Positions 47,301 through 58,783 of a DNA stretch of 64,000 nt are shown here, piece after piece. The stretch is from Catajapyx aquilonaris (Eukaryota). A model generated the notes under the pieces. It had not been told where the DNA came from and did no database searches. It saw only the letters and a list, made by a program, of their open reading frames with translations. A program made the position numbers and the translations under genes. The stretch covers positions 1 through 64,000 of the forward strand of contig JYFJ02001687.1 in NCBI GenBank assembly GCA_000934665.2, in the 5' to 3' direction. Position 1 is the first letter of the stretch, and every line of letters begins with the position of its first letter.

Positions 47301-50300
47301 TAGCGCAGTAGTTTTAGAAATAATGTAAGGGTACTGCTCCATATTACCACCATTTCCCCTCTAAATGCATGTAGGCCTAATGCATTATTTGCAGACAGTT
47401 AAAGAGGATTACCATCACACATGCTATGTATTGTACACAACATTAATCATTTGACGTCATCCAAACTTAATTGTTATTTAAAGCTCTTGCCATATAAAGA
47501 AATATTAATACCAGTTTCGGCAATATGCTTACATTGGAACCTTCCCAAACCACCTGCTCTGTATAAGCCTATATCTTCAGCAGGATACTTCTGAATCGCT
47601 TTTTTAAATGTGGTGTTTCATAATTATTTAGACAAACTTCAGAGCTAAAGAGAACACTTATAAATATATGTGATTTTCTTTCCACAATCTTGTTACAGAG
47701 TTAATGCGCTCCAAACACAAGGTGTAAAATATCCTGGCAGATATGCGTCCCTCCCTTCGATCTAACATTTTGCAATAATAGTGTTACCATTAAGTTTTAA
47801 TTCAAACTACAAGCTCATTAGATGCAGCAGTCACCGAGACAATGGAAGTGTCGCATTAAGTTGCATCAAAACATGAAATTGTATAATGCTATTTATGATA
47901 ATTATCTGAGTAATGAGGCTGCTGATACCAAATGAAACTTCTGTGAAAGTGATCATTGTAATACTCAGAAGTTCACTCTAGAAGTTTGTCTGAATCATTA
48001 TGAAAACACCCTGTACAGCTTACATACCCTGAGCTCAGTGCACAGAAAGGTAGTATAGGCAACCAAAGAACACGTAAGCTTCTTACAACCTACTATACAT
48101 ACATTTAAGAAGGAAAGAACTAATCCGACAGCAGTGAAACAGGTTGTATCAGGACTATCCACCATTTAGAAGTCGCGCATCAGTAAAGGTGGGTGGCTTT
48201 GTGTGTGGATGTTGTGGGGGTGGGTATTCTGTCGCTGTTCCTGCCGACGGTTTACTTGTTCCTACAAGCTATCAGCCGGGAGAGAAGGCCTTATCACCAC
48301 ACTAAAACAAAGCAGGATCTCTTGTCCATAGCTAGTCGAAAGTTGGGATACTTGGAATCCTCCCAAAATGACAGAAGCAGCTATTTTGTGCAATAATTTA
48401 TTGCATGTTGGCGTAATACCACAATAATATGACTATTAAAAACAGCAGGTTGGTTTCAACAATTCAGGATGAATTAATACGATGAGAACATATTTAACTT
48501 TTAAAACATGCGTTGTGTGTAAGTTACAATTCTTTGGCCACCAGACCGTGCTAAAAAGATGGAGAAATCACTCATAACGGAATATTTGGCATCAAATTTG
48601 CATATTGACATTTTTTACAGCGAAATAATCAGCATAATCAGGCTCTCCTCATAAGTGATAATATCAACTTCCTCTTTGCCGCTGCCTTTTGAAGTTCAAA
48701 CGCGTACACATGGGCGCCTCTGCGACAGTTTCACTACAATAATGACGCTTGCTTCGCCCGAGGCTCTCTACATCACACCAGTCGCAGTCTACTAAATCAT
48801 GCCATTAGATTTGCATCAGCATTCCATAAGAACAAGGCCGATCAGCAGTAGTGTATTTTGCGGATATGTGATATAACAGTGAGGAGTAGGGTTGAGAGGC
48901 ATTGGTGAGTAGTGGCCGGGGGCAGTGGCTGTGTCGCAAACGCAATGCTGCAAGTATTTAACATAACCTAACCTTCCTTGCGGATACAGACATCTTCAGC
49001 GGATACACGCCTATCCTTCAGCCTGCCTGCTCCGTGTTTGAGACACAGCCACTGCCCCCACCACCACCACAGTCGGTGGTAGCGTGTTAACCTACTCTAT
49101 CCTAACAAGGCCTATAGTTACATGGTTAACCCCACCCCCTTTTTCCTCCCTCTTCTCGTGTGTGTGTGTGCAGGCTCTCTTGGCGCCTATTGTTTGAAAT
49201 TCTTTGTCGGAGTGGCGAGTTCCAACAAGGAGGGTGGAATGGTTTATGGCACATTCCTTGTCAGACCCAAACTCCAGCCAGGAATTGCCATCAGGAGGTC
49301 CCCACAACAACCTCACTTGCATATTACCACCAACTCATAACGAATGGGAATATTTTTCGCTTCAGGTTTAAAAAGGGGGGGGATAGAGGGAGATGGTTCA
49401 CTCCTGTCGAGGTCATTTTCCAAGCTGTCACATTCACTTTCCACCTCACACCCAAAATACTATAAAATGATTTTATATCTTGCATTTTTTAATTTTTAGG
49501 CGTGTGCCTGAGGCTGCAAGCTTATATAATCACTGGATGTAATAAAATGGATGGCGTAAAGGGTTACGCTTATTACACACATATGTATAGGGGACGTTAC
49601 TTTGCATGACGCTATTAGTAGACACAACAGTTGTTATCATACTTTAGAGCTGAGTTTTTTAAAACTATGCAAACCTCTTTAAAGTTAAGGACAAAAATAA
49701 CAATAATTATCCATGATCACATGATAACTAATGTGTCCAAACATAATATGCAAGTGACATTTAGACGTGACAAATCTATGAGGAAATAAACACGGATGCA
49801 AAGTTTTCTTCCTCGAATTTTTCCGTCATTAATTTTGCCTGCATACTTTACAAGCATGCCATATTTCACACAGTCATTGACGTTTGACTTAAGGATGCCA
49901 ATAACTGTGTGGTTAACCACTGAGTTGAAAAGTGACCCTATAGTGGTGGGCAAGGTGGTCTCCCCTGGGGGAATTAGCTATAGGCTCGGGTTCGGCCTGG
50001 ATTTACTGTACAGTACCTTTTCACTCGGACAAAGTTTTGTATTTTGACGAGCATTCCCTTTTCCTTTGGGAAATTTCAGAAACGACTACAAGTTTTCTCA
50101 CACCTACTACCCTGTATACTGGCCTGCCTATATACTAGATAACAGTGATGGTGGTGCCAAAAAGAAAACTCGAGCTCTTGACACCTTTGGCAGGTTACTT
50201 CCTGCCACTTGCAAGCCTGCATGCAATCTGTGTGCCATCAGTTACAAAAATTACTTATTAAAAACGATAATGTTAGAGTGAACAATATGTTTCCTGCATA

Positions 50301-53300
50301 AACGGCAAGACTGAAATGCAGCAACAAATATGAGGCTGTTATTCTCACTTGTCAGATACCGGAAGACGACAATTTTTTTGTGTTTCACTGTTTCTAAATA
50401 TTGCGTTTGAAGCAGTAATTATATTCCTATAAAAAGATAGAATTTTATAACATTTTAAAAAGTGTGAGCTCTTCACCTTGATGGGCATACACAATATCCT
50501 TCATATGAACTCGGCCAAGATACAGGTCATTGCTGTGGACAAGAACATGTTTCAAATCAAGGACAGCGGAATATTACTTGTTGCAGCTGATATATTACAC
50601 CCTCAACCTCCTTGACATTAGCCACCTTGCATTATTTTTCTACTGTCCTAATCTACACAGCACATTCACTACCATCTTCAGAAACTCTGTGAGAGCGCCA
50701 TATAAAACGTAAATAAACAAGTACCCTTTTGGCCTTTTTCCACTCACTCATAAAAATTAACATTGTAATTTTACATGCCAATGTTGTTAGCGTACCATTC
50801 TGGTAGAGGAATCAAAAGCATCTATGTATATAGTTCAAAAGATCTATTTTCCCTCCCTCTATTTAGATGAGACATGGTCATGTCATACCTAAATAGACGG
50901 GAATAAAAGTTGTCTCTTTCCTATATACACATAGATGAAACATAATTTAGAGCATAGCAGTGTTCTGTCTAACAGTTATTCAGAACAGCAACAATATTAT
51001 TGCTGTGCAAAATAGCGAATGTTTAGATACGCTTTCATGTAAATAATATAAGTTTTAGCAGTGATGTGATGAAGTGGTAGGAGGTTTTTTTTAAATGTAG
51101 GCTACTCTTCAGCAATAATTTATGACTTTTAAATTAATGTTTGTAGTTGGGGTCATTGAAGTACTGTCACAACTCAGAGAAGCATTCTGAGAAAAACTTG
51201 AGTTGCATTTTGCACTTTATATTTTTATTAAAAATTGTTTCCAAAAAAGGAGCAAACGTGATATCTATACGTGTACAATAGAATTTTAGTAGTCCCGGAA
51301 CATTCTGAAGTTACCAGTAAAAATGGAAACGAAAAATATATAGCTTGTTGGACTACCTCACACCTCGTCAGCTTCACTATGTATCTAGTTAGAAGACTTT
51401 TTCAAATAAACAAAGATCGTGCATGGTGTATTTTACTCTCTAAACATTGTATGCCACGTAGCCGGAGTATTTATGGAGATTATCATAACCTGCCAGAAGA
51501 CGGACTCATAAATACCGTGGCCTAAAAATAATTGGAACGTAAAAGTTTTGTCTAAAGCACCGCTTACATGCAGCAGATCCTAATCACAGGCTACTTACAC
51601 AAGAATTATTTATTGGCTAAAAATGGCACATCAAATATTGGTCGTACACACTTATCAAGAAGCACAACATTTTCCTATATATAATGAGAGACTAATGCGA
51701 ATTACTTTGGTCGTGTCCTTATTTCATACACTACGGGTATACCTAAATGAATGACGGTTTTCAATTTTGGAAAAAAGGAACACAGCATCACATAAAATGT
51801 GAAGTAGGCCTCACAGCCGAGGCACGATATTATCAACTTATCGCCTCGTAAATCCATATCCGTCATTACATCAAGGTCGTTAATCGCCGAGTGAGTTTAT
51901 AACGCAGTCAAATGATCGGTTCAGTAATTCATCGCGCCGTCAATTATTGGAAGCGAAGTCCATTGCGACATCAATTTACTGCAGACTATATAAAAGCGGT
52001 TCATGCAATCATGATTGATCAGCATCAGGTTGCAGAAGCAACGTCAACAATTGGCTGTAAAATTCCGAAGCAGCACGGATTATAGGCCGGTACAATACAC
52101 TGTTAGCTTGACAGACACAAGATGACAATAAACTAAAGATTCTGTACCATTAATGTGTATGGTATGTGTGTGTGGGGGGGGGGCAATAAATGTTGTCTCC
52201 ACGGTTCCAAGTAGAAGTAGATGGATGGGAAGGGTGGGACAAGACTGATGGTAAGGTGGAAGGAAGAAGGGTGATAAAATGGAATGGGGAGGGGGGAGGG
52301 GGTGAAATTGGATACCCTTTTTGGATCTGGGTCCAACGTAACGTCGTGAGACAGAAGGAATGTCGAAAAACCCCTTTGATACTCATGATGGTGATCTTAC
52401 CATATGCAGCATCTAATTTTCCATTATGTATCAATTTAGCCTCTAATATATTTAAGCAAAATGTCATTCGGAATTGTGGGATTTGCCATCATTTGACACG
52501 TTCTTATGTCACAGGTGATGTGCCTAATTTAAAAAACATGTCTCGGTGTAATATGTTACGTTGTACCTTTTTGAACAGGGATTCAAAATAGAGTGTAGGC
52601 CTAAGAAATTATTATGGTAGGTAATATGATTTGGGATCTTCCTTGGTAAAGATGAGGCCGTATTATTCTCGTTGTAAACATTTTCATGACTTCACACTCC
52701 AGTGTTACTTGGACACAAACTGACCGGTGTTTCCGCCCAAGTTGGCTTTAACGGCATCGTGGTTTTTCGTTATAAAACAAACAACCGAGATCACTTGACG
52801 CTCTAGCCGAGTGTTGTTGACACGCTTTCCCCAACATTGAGGAAAGTAAGGATTTTGGGAGTTTGTTTGAACCGGAAAGGCGGTGACTTTTCTTCTTTTG
52901 AGACCAAATCGTTAGCACTAATGGCTCTCAGATGCGAAAACCATTTGGAACCACAGTTCAAAAAGGCCCGAAGAATATTGACGCTGATGATCAAGCATCT
53001 GTCGATGTATTGTGTTTACCTCATCCGTTTAGCAGCATGTCTATTCTCAGAAAATTTAAGGCTGCTCTAAGGTTGGTATTGTGTAAGTTTTCAAAAGGTG
53101 ATTGAAAGTCAAAAAGTGATTCCAGTACGTTATAGTTATAGAAATGTGTCAAAATAATCTGTTTATATACCATAAGTAAAGTTTATGCATATAGATTATA
53201 GGTAGGCTCTGTCAACTTTGATGAAAAAAAGTCGGGCACTGATTAATAAGTTGTACATTTATTTGTGATCTGATGTCGTCTTCGGATTTGATACTAAGAT

Positions 53301-56300
53301 TGTACATTTTCATTGTGGTAGGCCTAATATTGAAAATATTCTACATTAATTTGTGCTTCAGAAATAGAGATGTTCCATTTCAAAATAGCAGTGGTTGAGG
53401 TGCTTGGAGATACAAACCATGTCTGGGTATTTCTGTATAGGAACACAATGGACTCTCTGCTGCGTTATAGTGGTAAATGTAAATGGCAAACTTTGTCGCG
53501 TGAATAAAATGTGCCATCATCTGTCCAAAATATTATAAGCAGTTGCAGCTTATAGGTAGATATCCTTTACTTATATATTTACTTTCTAACTTTTTTTTGT
53601 GCTTTTATGAACGTTTATAGTAACGCTGTCTCGATAAGTTACATTTTTGTGTGTGTATGACTATGCCTATACCGTAGGTGCAGGCCTGTTAATATATATT
53701 CTACATCTCAGTGGCACATCGAGAATCTATTCCATATATTAGCTTAGCAATCATTCGACGAAATCAGCTGCACAACTTGATGGTGGTTATTATGAGTGCA
53801 TGTTAACATGCCATTATGGGACCTTATCCTGTCTCGCTGTCAAGTCAAATCTAAAATTTGGTCCATTATTGTAGCAGCGGAGACAATTAAGGTCATGAAG
53901 CATCTCGAACTTGTATATATACCATGGTGTGCATATTGCTATACAATGTATTAACTGACCTTAAAAAGCATCTGTGTAACTTCATACACTTCATAATCAC
54001 GGTGGAAACAACCATTCAGATTCTAAAACGACATTTATAACTATGGTGCAGGATCGTCTCAGATTCTAATTAAAAAAATTACTTGTACAAAAAAATTGCA
54101 AATGGCGGAAAAAGTATTTTGGTTTTTGCGTTGTTCAAATCTGAACACTACTAGAACTTGTAATAAAAGCCCACAAGAATGGCTTCTGACAGCAGGTTCG
54201 AAATAAATTGCAATTAAAATATGAGCAATGTACGAGCGATTTTCATAATTAAAATGGGTACTGCGATATAAAATAATAGCCTATAGTTAAGCACATTAAC
54301 ACCCACTGATGGTAAATGGCATAACAAATTTAAATATACATTTATTGAGATATTGTAACGCGAAAGAACTGGTAAAATGTACGCGTAACCAGGAATGGTG
54401 GACATCGTGGCAGTGGAATTAGACACCATGATCTCACTTCTTTGTGGACCAATCTTAAATATGGAATAGCCATTTTGTCACACACATCGTATATTTCATA
54501 TACATGTTGAGATAAAAGAAAAATTTCAATTGGAAGTAGCTTTTTCGGGCCCAAGAAAAAAATGCAATGCAAAACCTCATAAGGGAACCAGACACCAATT
54601 ACTCCCAAACATAATTGCAATATTGGTTTTTTAGAGTCATCAGGGTATGCAGGAGTATATTACCTTCATATACATTGAAAAATAAAATTAATTCGATCAA
54701 AATTAACCGAGTTACAGCTGTTTTACACTGTTTTTGGCGCAGGAGTAGCAAGGTCGATGTCCACCATTCCTGGCGACGGTATACTTGTGATTAACTACAG
54801 AATAAAAAAAACATCTCAATATGATAATGTCATTAAGCACAGTCCATATCTACGAGATTACATTACCGCTTCGGCAGTTTGGAAATGACTGTGATAGTTA
54901 TCATATCACCATCACGGATTTCATCAAATAATGCGTGATCTGAAGCACAAGCAGTGCAGTTAGAGCTAACTGTATACTGTATATTTGCTGTTTTTCTATA
55001 ACATTGCTATGCGATGATGTAGAACAAAGTATCTTTATTATGTCAAACACATTATGCGCAAAAGATAATGCAAAAGTGTTCACGTCAAGCTCGATGTTCT
55101 ACACACGACAGCAACGGACTCACAAATTCACGAAGATTTTGGCCAGATATCCTACAATTTGTTGTGTTAACACCTTCAAACAATTTGTCTTCCACTCTTT
55201 TCATGGCTTATGAGCTGATAAGAGTGTGCGTTGGACGGATATAACAAACTCAATTTATTTTACTGGTTGTGAACCGACAAGCCGTATCAATTTTTAAGGG
55301 GATCGTATCACGAATGGATGAACCTTTTCTATTGTGCTTTTTTGTACACGATCATTATTTATACTGCTTCCTGGTCGTCTCTTTATTTACTTACGAACTT
55401 ATTTATTTATTTACCTGATGCACCATTATTTAAAAAATACAGTGAGGTATATATTACAGAGTGACTATACGTGCATACGTATAGGCCTAAGCAGCCTGGT
55501 CACAACTCAATCTCTCGTTTCCTCTCATTGCATTGGCCAAAAATCGGATGGTGTATGAAATGTACTAAAATTCCTTTCCTGCTTCCTTAGTTGATTGGTC
55601 ATGATCGTATTTGCGCCATTTAGTAACTCTCAGGTATTCTTGTATATAGTACACGTGTTAACAAGTAGCTTATGTGTAGGCCTACAGGGAGCTTGATTTG
55701 GTATACCGGGTACGGACTTCCGGTAATTCTCACTCTCGAATGCCCGAAGTCCGATATGGCCATGAGTTTATAAAATTATTGGGCTGCATTATATTGTACT
55801 ATTTACCAGTTGTATTAAAGTTGAGGTTTCTTCATGTGTCTCTTAGGCCGGGTTTCACCAAGCCCGGCTTTCATAAAAAAAACCGCAGTTCTTTCGGAAA
55901 ATCCCTGCAAATATAGAATAGGGATTTTCCGAAAGAACCGGGGTTTTTATGAAAACCGGGCTTGGTGAAACCGGCCATTAGGCCATCGCGGGATTCGCTT
56001 AGAAACTCCGATGTTACCGTTGTAATTAATTGCCCAACAGTTAATAATAATAATGGTAAACTCCGGGTGCCCAGAAAAACCCGACATAGTACTAGGCCTT
56101 AAAATAATTCGCTGCTAAAAACTTGTCCTGATGCAAAAGTGTTCACTTGAGCCACATTACAAATAACTGTCGCGCATGTGCACACTTGCATGTGACTCTT
56201 CAGTTTTAAAAACGTAACTTATAGGCCTACAGTATACTATAGTGACCATAACTGTAAATGAATATTTTCAAGCGCTAGAAGTGAGAAATAATGATGCGCC

Positions 56301-58736
56301 TTTCTGTATAACGTAATGGTTGTCACAGATTCATCACATGTTTATAATAAAAACACAATGTCCTCCAATGGCAAACTGCATTCTATTCATTCTTTGCACA
56401 ACTAATAGACCTTCCAAAAATTATTCCCTTTTAAAACTGTATCAACTAGAAAGAGAGCCATTGAATTTAGCGTATCGTGTCTAGGGGAAAAGGGCAAACA
56501 CACCTTGAATTGGAAGTAAATGTGAGTCTAATGCGCGTGGAATGCATTTTGGATGCTGGCTACGCCAAAAAAAAGAGGATGGTTTTTCACTAACCTTTCT
56601 ATAGCCAGCTTTTTTTTTGTTTTTTGTTTTTTGCCTTTATACGATGCATAGCGGTGAGAACTCTCACCGCCATCCACCACAAGGCTCCAGATCTGATTGA
56701 TCCTAGCAATATTATATATGTAGTAATTTTTTTATAATTTATAATGTTATTGGCCTAATTGTACTGTCAAGTTAACCTGGAAAACTTTGATTCCCTTGTC
56801 ATTATACTGCGCAGATTATTTTACTCGTTAGTGGCAATGCGCATTTGGGGAGGGCGGATTTTACCTGATAAGGAAGCCTATGATGTGAAAGGTTTATTAC
56901 GCTAGCAAGACGACTGTATATAGGTGTATGCAAATCTGTACTATTTTGGTGGACAGCATTACATTACATACAAAATTATTACGAGAACACTCCATTGAAT
57001 CACTTGCAATAAATAGTTATCAAATTATTCGAGAGCGACATTTTCAATATTTCTTCTGAGCTGCATCCAGCGTTGGTTGGTGTAGTTTTTTGGTCTAAAC
57101 CATTGTTTGAGTCTCAGATATACATGTATGCGAACAAACTAGTCGTAGACAGATATACCCTCTTTTGTAAATCCAGTTTCCGTGTTTTAACTGGTCAAAA
57201 TTTTCATATTCCTTTCCCTTAGCATTTTTCTGATGGATATTGACTTATGGCCAAAATCTGAATTTTTCTATCTACAAATAAGCTTCAATGAATACGTTAC
57301 ACATCACGTATGATTCAGTTGACCAAATAAGTAGGCCTACTCTGCTCTTTCTGCATTTAGATCTTCAATTGGTATGGCAGTAGAAACGCATGAATACTAA
57401 TAATTTATTATATCACGATTATCCGGTGAAAACATTCCATTAGCAGTCATACAGATGAACAGATCATTGTCTATGCATAAAGCAAGTAAACATACCAGTG
57501 CTCGATATTCTAGAACAATATCGTGTGATGACGTAACATAATTCGAATAAATATTACCGCGACTCTAATTTAAAAAAAAAAAACTACTGCCCCAGTCATA
57601 AAATACAATTTTGCGCCTGAATGTTCCTTCATTTTTAACGGTACAAGCATTAACACAAGGCCTACCGTACTGATTTTGTATGTTCATTTCTGAATGTGGT
57701 GAATAGGTCATATTCTCATTTCGACCTATCTGCTAAGTGGTCGCTCTTTTGTTCCGTACGTGCGAAGTCACGACATAGTTGTGAAGGATCCATTCGTTCC
57801 AACGCTAAAAGACGCTGACAGGACTGATAGGAATCTCCTCTGACTTTTGGGAAACTCCGAACATTTCCGAGAAAAAGAGCCTCTAAAGTGCCTCACACTC
57901 ATCAGTCATCACGGGCACAGCAAAGAGAATAACTTTAGTCTTACTTCTTCAGATATGCACAGGCACAAAATAAACCACGAATATCCTTATGGGAATACAT
58001 CCTCAGGATACAATTTTGTCAACTTCTATATAAGCTGAATTGTTTAAAAAATAATAATGACCACGTGCCTTGCTGCATTTCACGCAAATTTCGACGGTTC
58101 ATTTGTACTAAACTATTATTCTATCGGAATCATCGAAGAACACACACCTCGTCTGCTTATCTATAGGAAAGTAACACATGCATCCATGGGCTATACTGAA
58201 TCAACAAATCATGTGTAAACACTTGGGCGCTGAAAATTTATCAAGAGAGACGATGCTGAGTCCCGAAGAAAGATTACGATTTTTAAAAAATGATGTCACC
58301 ATACCTGGGTCATGAGTCTGTCAGCACCGGTGCCTTCCTCATCTTTGAATATGATGTCCGGGTTGTAATTGGGCACCAACTCCTTAAACCTGGGATCCTC
58401 CCTGCCTATCTTTCCTTCAGTGAGTCCACTGGCGCCAAGGGTGTTTTCCGACACATTTGGCACGTGCTGCTTGAACACTAACGGAGTCAATTTCCTCGGT
58501 GCCCTCCTCCGGCCCGCACCCCGCCCGGGGCCGCAACCAAGGGCCGGGGGACTGAGCAACAACACTAGCACTAAGATGGCGGCGCCTCTAACACCGCCAT
58601 TGCTGCTTGGCGGCCGTGGATGATGATGGTGGTAGTGGTGCCGGTGGTGATGATGATGGTGTGGATGCATATGCAAGAGCGGGCCCAGGGGCCAGCCCAG
58701 GCCCGCTACGGCCAACCTGAGCACTTGTTGGCCCAT
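16726..58736 (-). CDS. hh: Hedgehog precursor; spliced CDS complement(join(16726..17438,24648..24909,58305..58736)), 468 aa
   Basis: 432+262+713=1407 nt in frame. Signal peptide then CGPGRG, Cardin-Weintraub-like RRRAPRK, Zn-site motifs [20 protein letters not shown], autocleavage SGG|CF, Hint [16 protein letters not shown], and sterol-recognition region [14 protein letters not shown]. Introns lie at the canonical hedgehog positions (after RLMTQ, phase 0; after SVKS, phase 1). Confidence 0.97.
18669..18739 (-). other. tRNA-like sequence (probable SINE head or tRNA pseudogene) in hh intron 2
   Basis: GCCCTCGTAGTCTAAACGGAAGGACACTGGCACTACAAGCCTGAAGTCCGGGTTCGAGTCCCGGCGAGGAC: perfect T arm CCGGG-TTCGAGT-CCCGG, D stem, acceptor stem 6/7, but a non-canonical anticodon arm. 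Confidence 0.55.
18914..20057. mobile_element. 1.14-kb foldback/palindromic DNA element
   Basis: Ends TTTGTCCATGGAAATTCATCGTCATATTCGTGTTCCTTAGGTCACAAG and its exact reverse complement. Arms ~480 bp. Internal 33-bp tandem duplication at ~19712-19778. Confidence 0.88.
21826..21885. repeat. (ATT)n microsatellite
   Basis: ~20 uninterrupted units. Confidence 0.97.
23222..23287. repeat. (AAT)n microsatellite
   Basis: ~22 uninterrupted units. Confidence 0.97.
24648..24909 (-). CDS. hh: hedgehog coding exon 2 (core of HhN)
   Basis: Acceptor TTTTCAG|CGG. Encodes [34 protein letters not shown]...HIHCSVKS. Donor TCAG|GTAGGC. Length 262 nt. Confidence 0.97.
24952..25320. promoter_or_regulatory. cluster of Ci/Gli consensus sites in hh intron 1
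   Basis: GACCACCCA at 25312-25320 (perfect), GACCACCCG at 25190-25198 (minus) and GACCACCTA at 24952-24960 (minus). Confidence 0.45.
27470..27599. mobile_element. palindromic MITE, family C, copy 3
   Basis: GTACTATGGGGCTCTAATTGTTTTGGCCACTTTATCCTGGT...ACCAGGATAAAGTGGCCAAAACAATTTGAGCCCCATA. Confidence 0.8.
29929..30111 (-). mobile_element. possible decayed non-LTR retrotransposon (RTE-like) 3' fragment
   Basis: Peptide [12 protein letters not shown] resembles the RxRRLxWxGHVxR motif near the C-terminus of RTE-clade ORFs. Single motif only. Confidence 0.3.
31996..32315 (+). mobile_element. tRNA-derived SINE, family D, with V-domain-like core and (ATT)n tail
   Basis: A box TGGCGGAGTGG, B-box-like GAGCTCGATCCC, core GTTCTCGCCGTGTTCGCGCGGGTTTTCTCGGGGTTCTCCCGTTGCCTCCC, (ATT)~20 tail, TSD TATACCAGAGGA (31984-31995, 32316-32327). 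Confidence 0.88.
35503..35645 (-). mobile_element. degenerate SINE, family D copy
   Basis: Reverse complement retains the A/B-box head and TTCGCGCGGATTTTCCCGGAATTCTCCCGTTTCTTCCCACTTTCAAAATAC. Confidence 0.65.
37528..37646. mobile_element. piggyBac-like MITE
   Basis: TIR CCTCCTGAGACCCCT / AGGGGTCTCAGGAGG flanked by ATAA and TTAA. Confidence 0.7.
37690..38379. mobile_element. decayed Tigger/pogo-like non-autonomous element
   Basis: TA-CAGTGAAACCTGTCTATGTTGGACACTGATGGTTCCAA start, repeated GTGTCCAAC motifs, TTGGAACCATCA...TTCACTG near the other end. Confidence 0.4.
40645..41150. mobile_element. degenerate palindromic MITE/foldback, ~220-bp arms
   Basis: Anchors AGTATAGATACCCC/GGGGTATCTATACT, CATGCCTGCATTGC/GCAATGCAGGCATG, GGTGGTAGGG/CCCTACCACC. 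Confidence 0.75.
41829..42010 (+). mobile_element. degenerate SINE, family D copy
   Basis: GGTGGCATAGTGGTTA...CAGCCTTCCCACCTCTAAGGTTCGATC...ATGTGGA...ATGGGTTCTC...CTCCCACTATCAAAATACATCA aligns with 31996-32180. Confidence 0.65.
45931..46170. mobile_element. short element with subterminal inverted repeats (family E, copy 1; Helentron/HINE-like architecture)
   Basis: IR GGGGGCAGTGGCTGTGTCGCAAA / TTTGTGACACAGCCACTGCCCCC. Homology to the 48903-49084 copy extends outside the IRs and includes a terminal small hairpin. Confidence 0.65.
48903..49084. mobile_element. family E, copy 2 (inverted relative to copy 1)
   Basis: Same IRs. Internal CCTATCCTTCAGCCTGCCTGCTCCGT is the reverse complement of copy 1. 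Confidence 0.65.
55846..55977. mobile_element. PIF/Harbinger (Tourist-like) MITE
   Basis: GGCCG(G)GTTTCACCAAGCCCGG termini, near-complete palindrome, flanked by TTA (55843-55845, 55978-55980). Confidence 0.75.
58305..58736 (-). CDS. hh: hedgehog coding exon 1 (leader/signal peptide + N-terminal HhN)
   Basis: ATG in ACCATGG context at 58736. Hydrophobic [16 protein letters not shown] then [37 protein letters not shown]...DRLMTQ. Donor CAG|GTATGG. Confidence 0.95.
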
Positions 58737-58738
58737 GG

Positions 58739-58783
58739 TCAGCGATGATGGTCGTCTTCCTCGCAAGCGCCACCGGACGCCAT
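58739..58783 (-). promoter_or_regulatory. upstream ORF ([14 protein letters not shown]) in the presumed hh 5' UTR
   Basis: ACAATGG start at 58783, TGA ending at 58739, 2 nt before the hh ATG. Confidence 0.55.
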
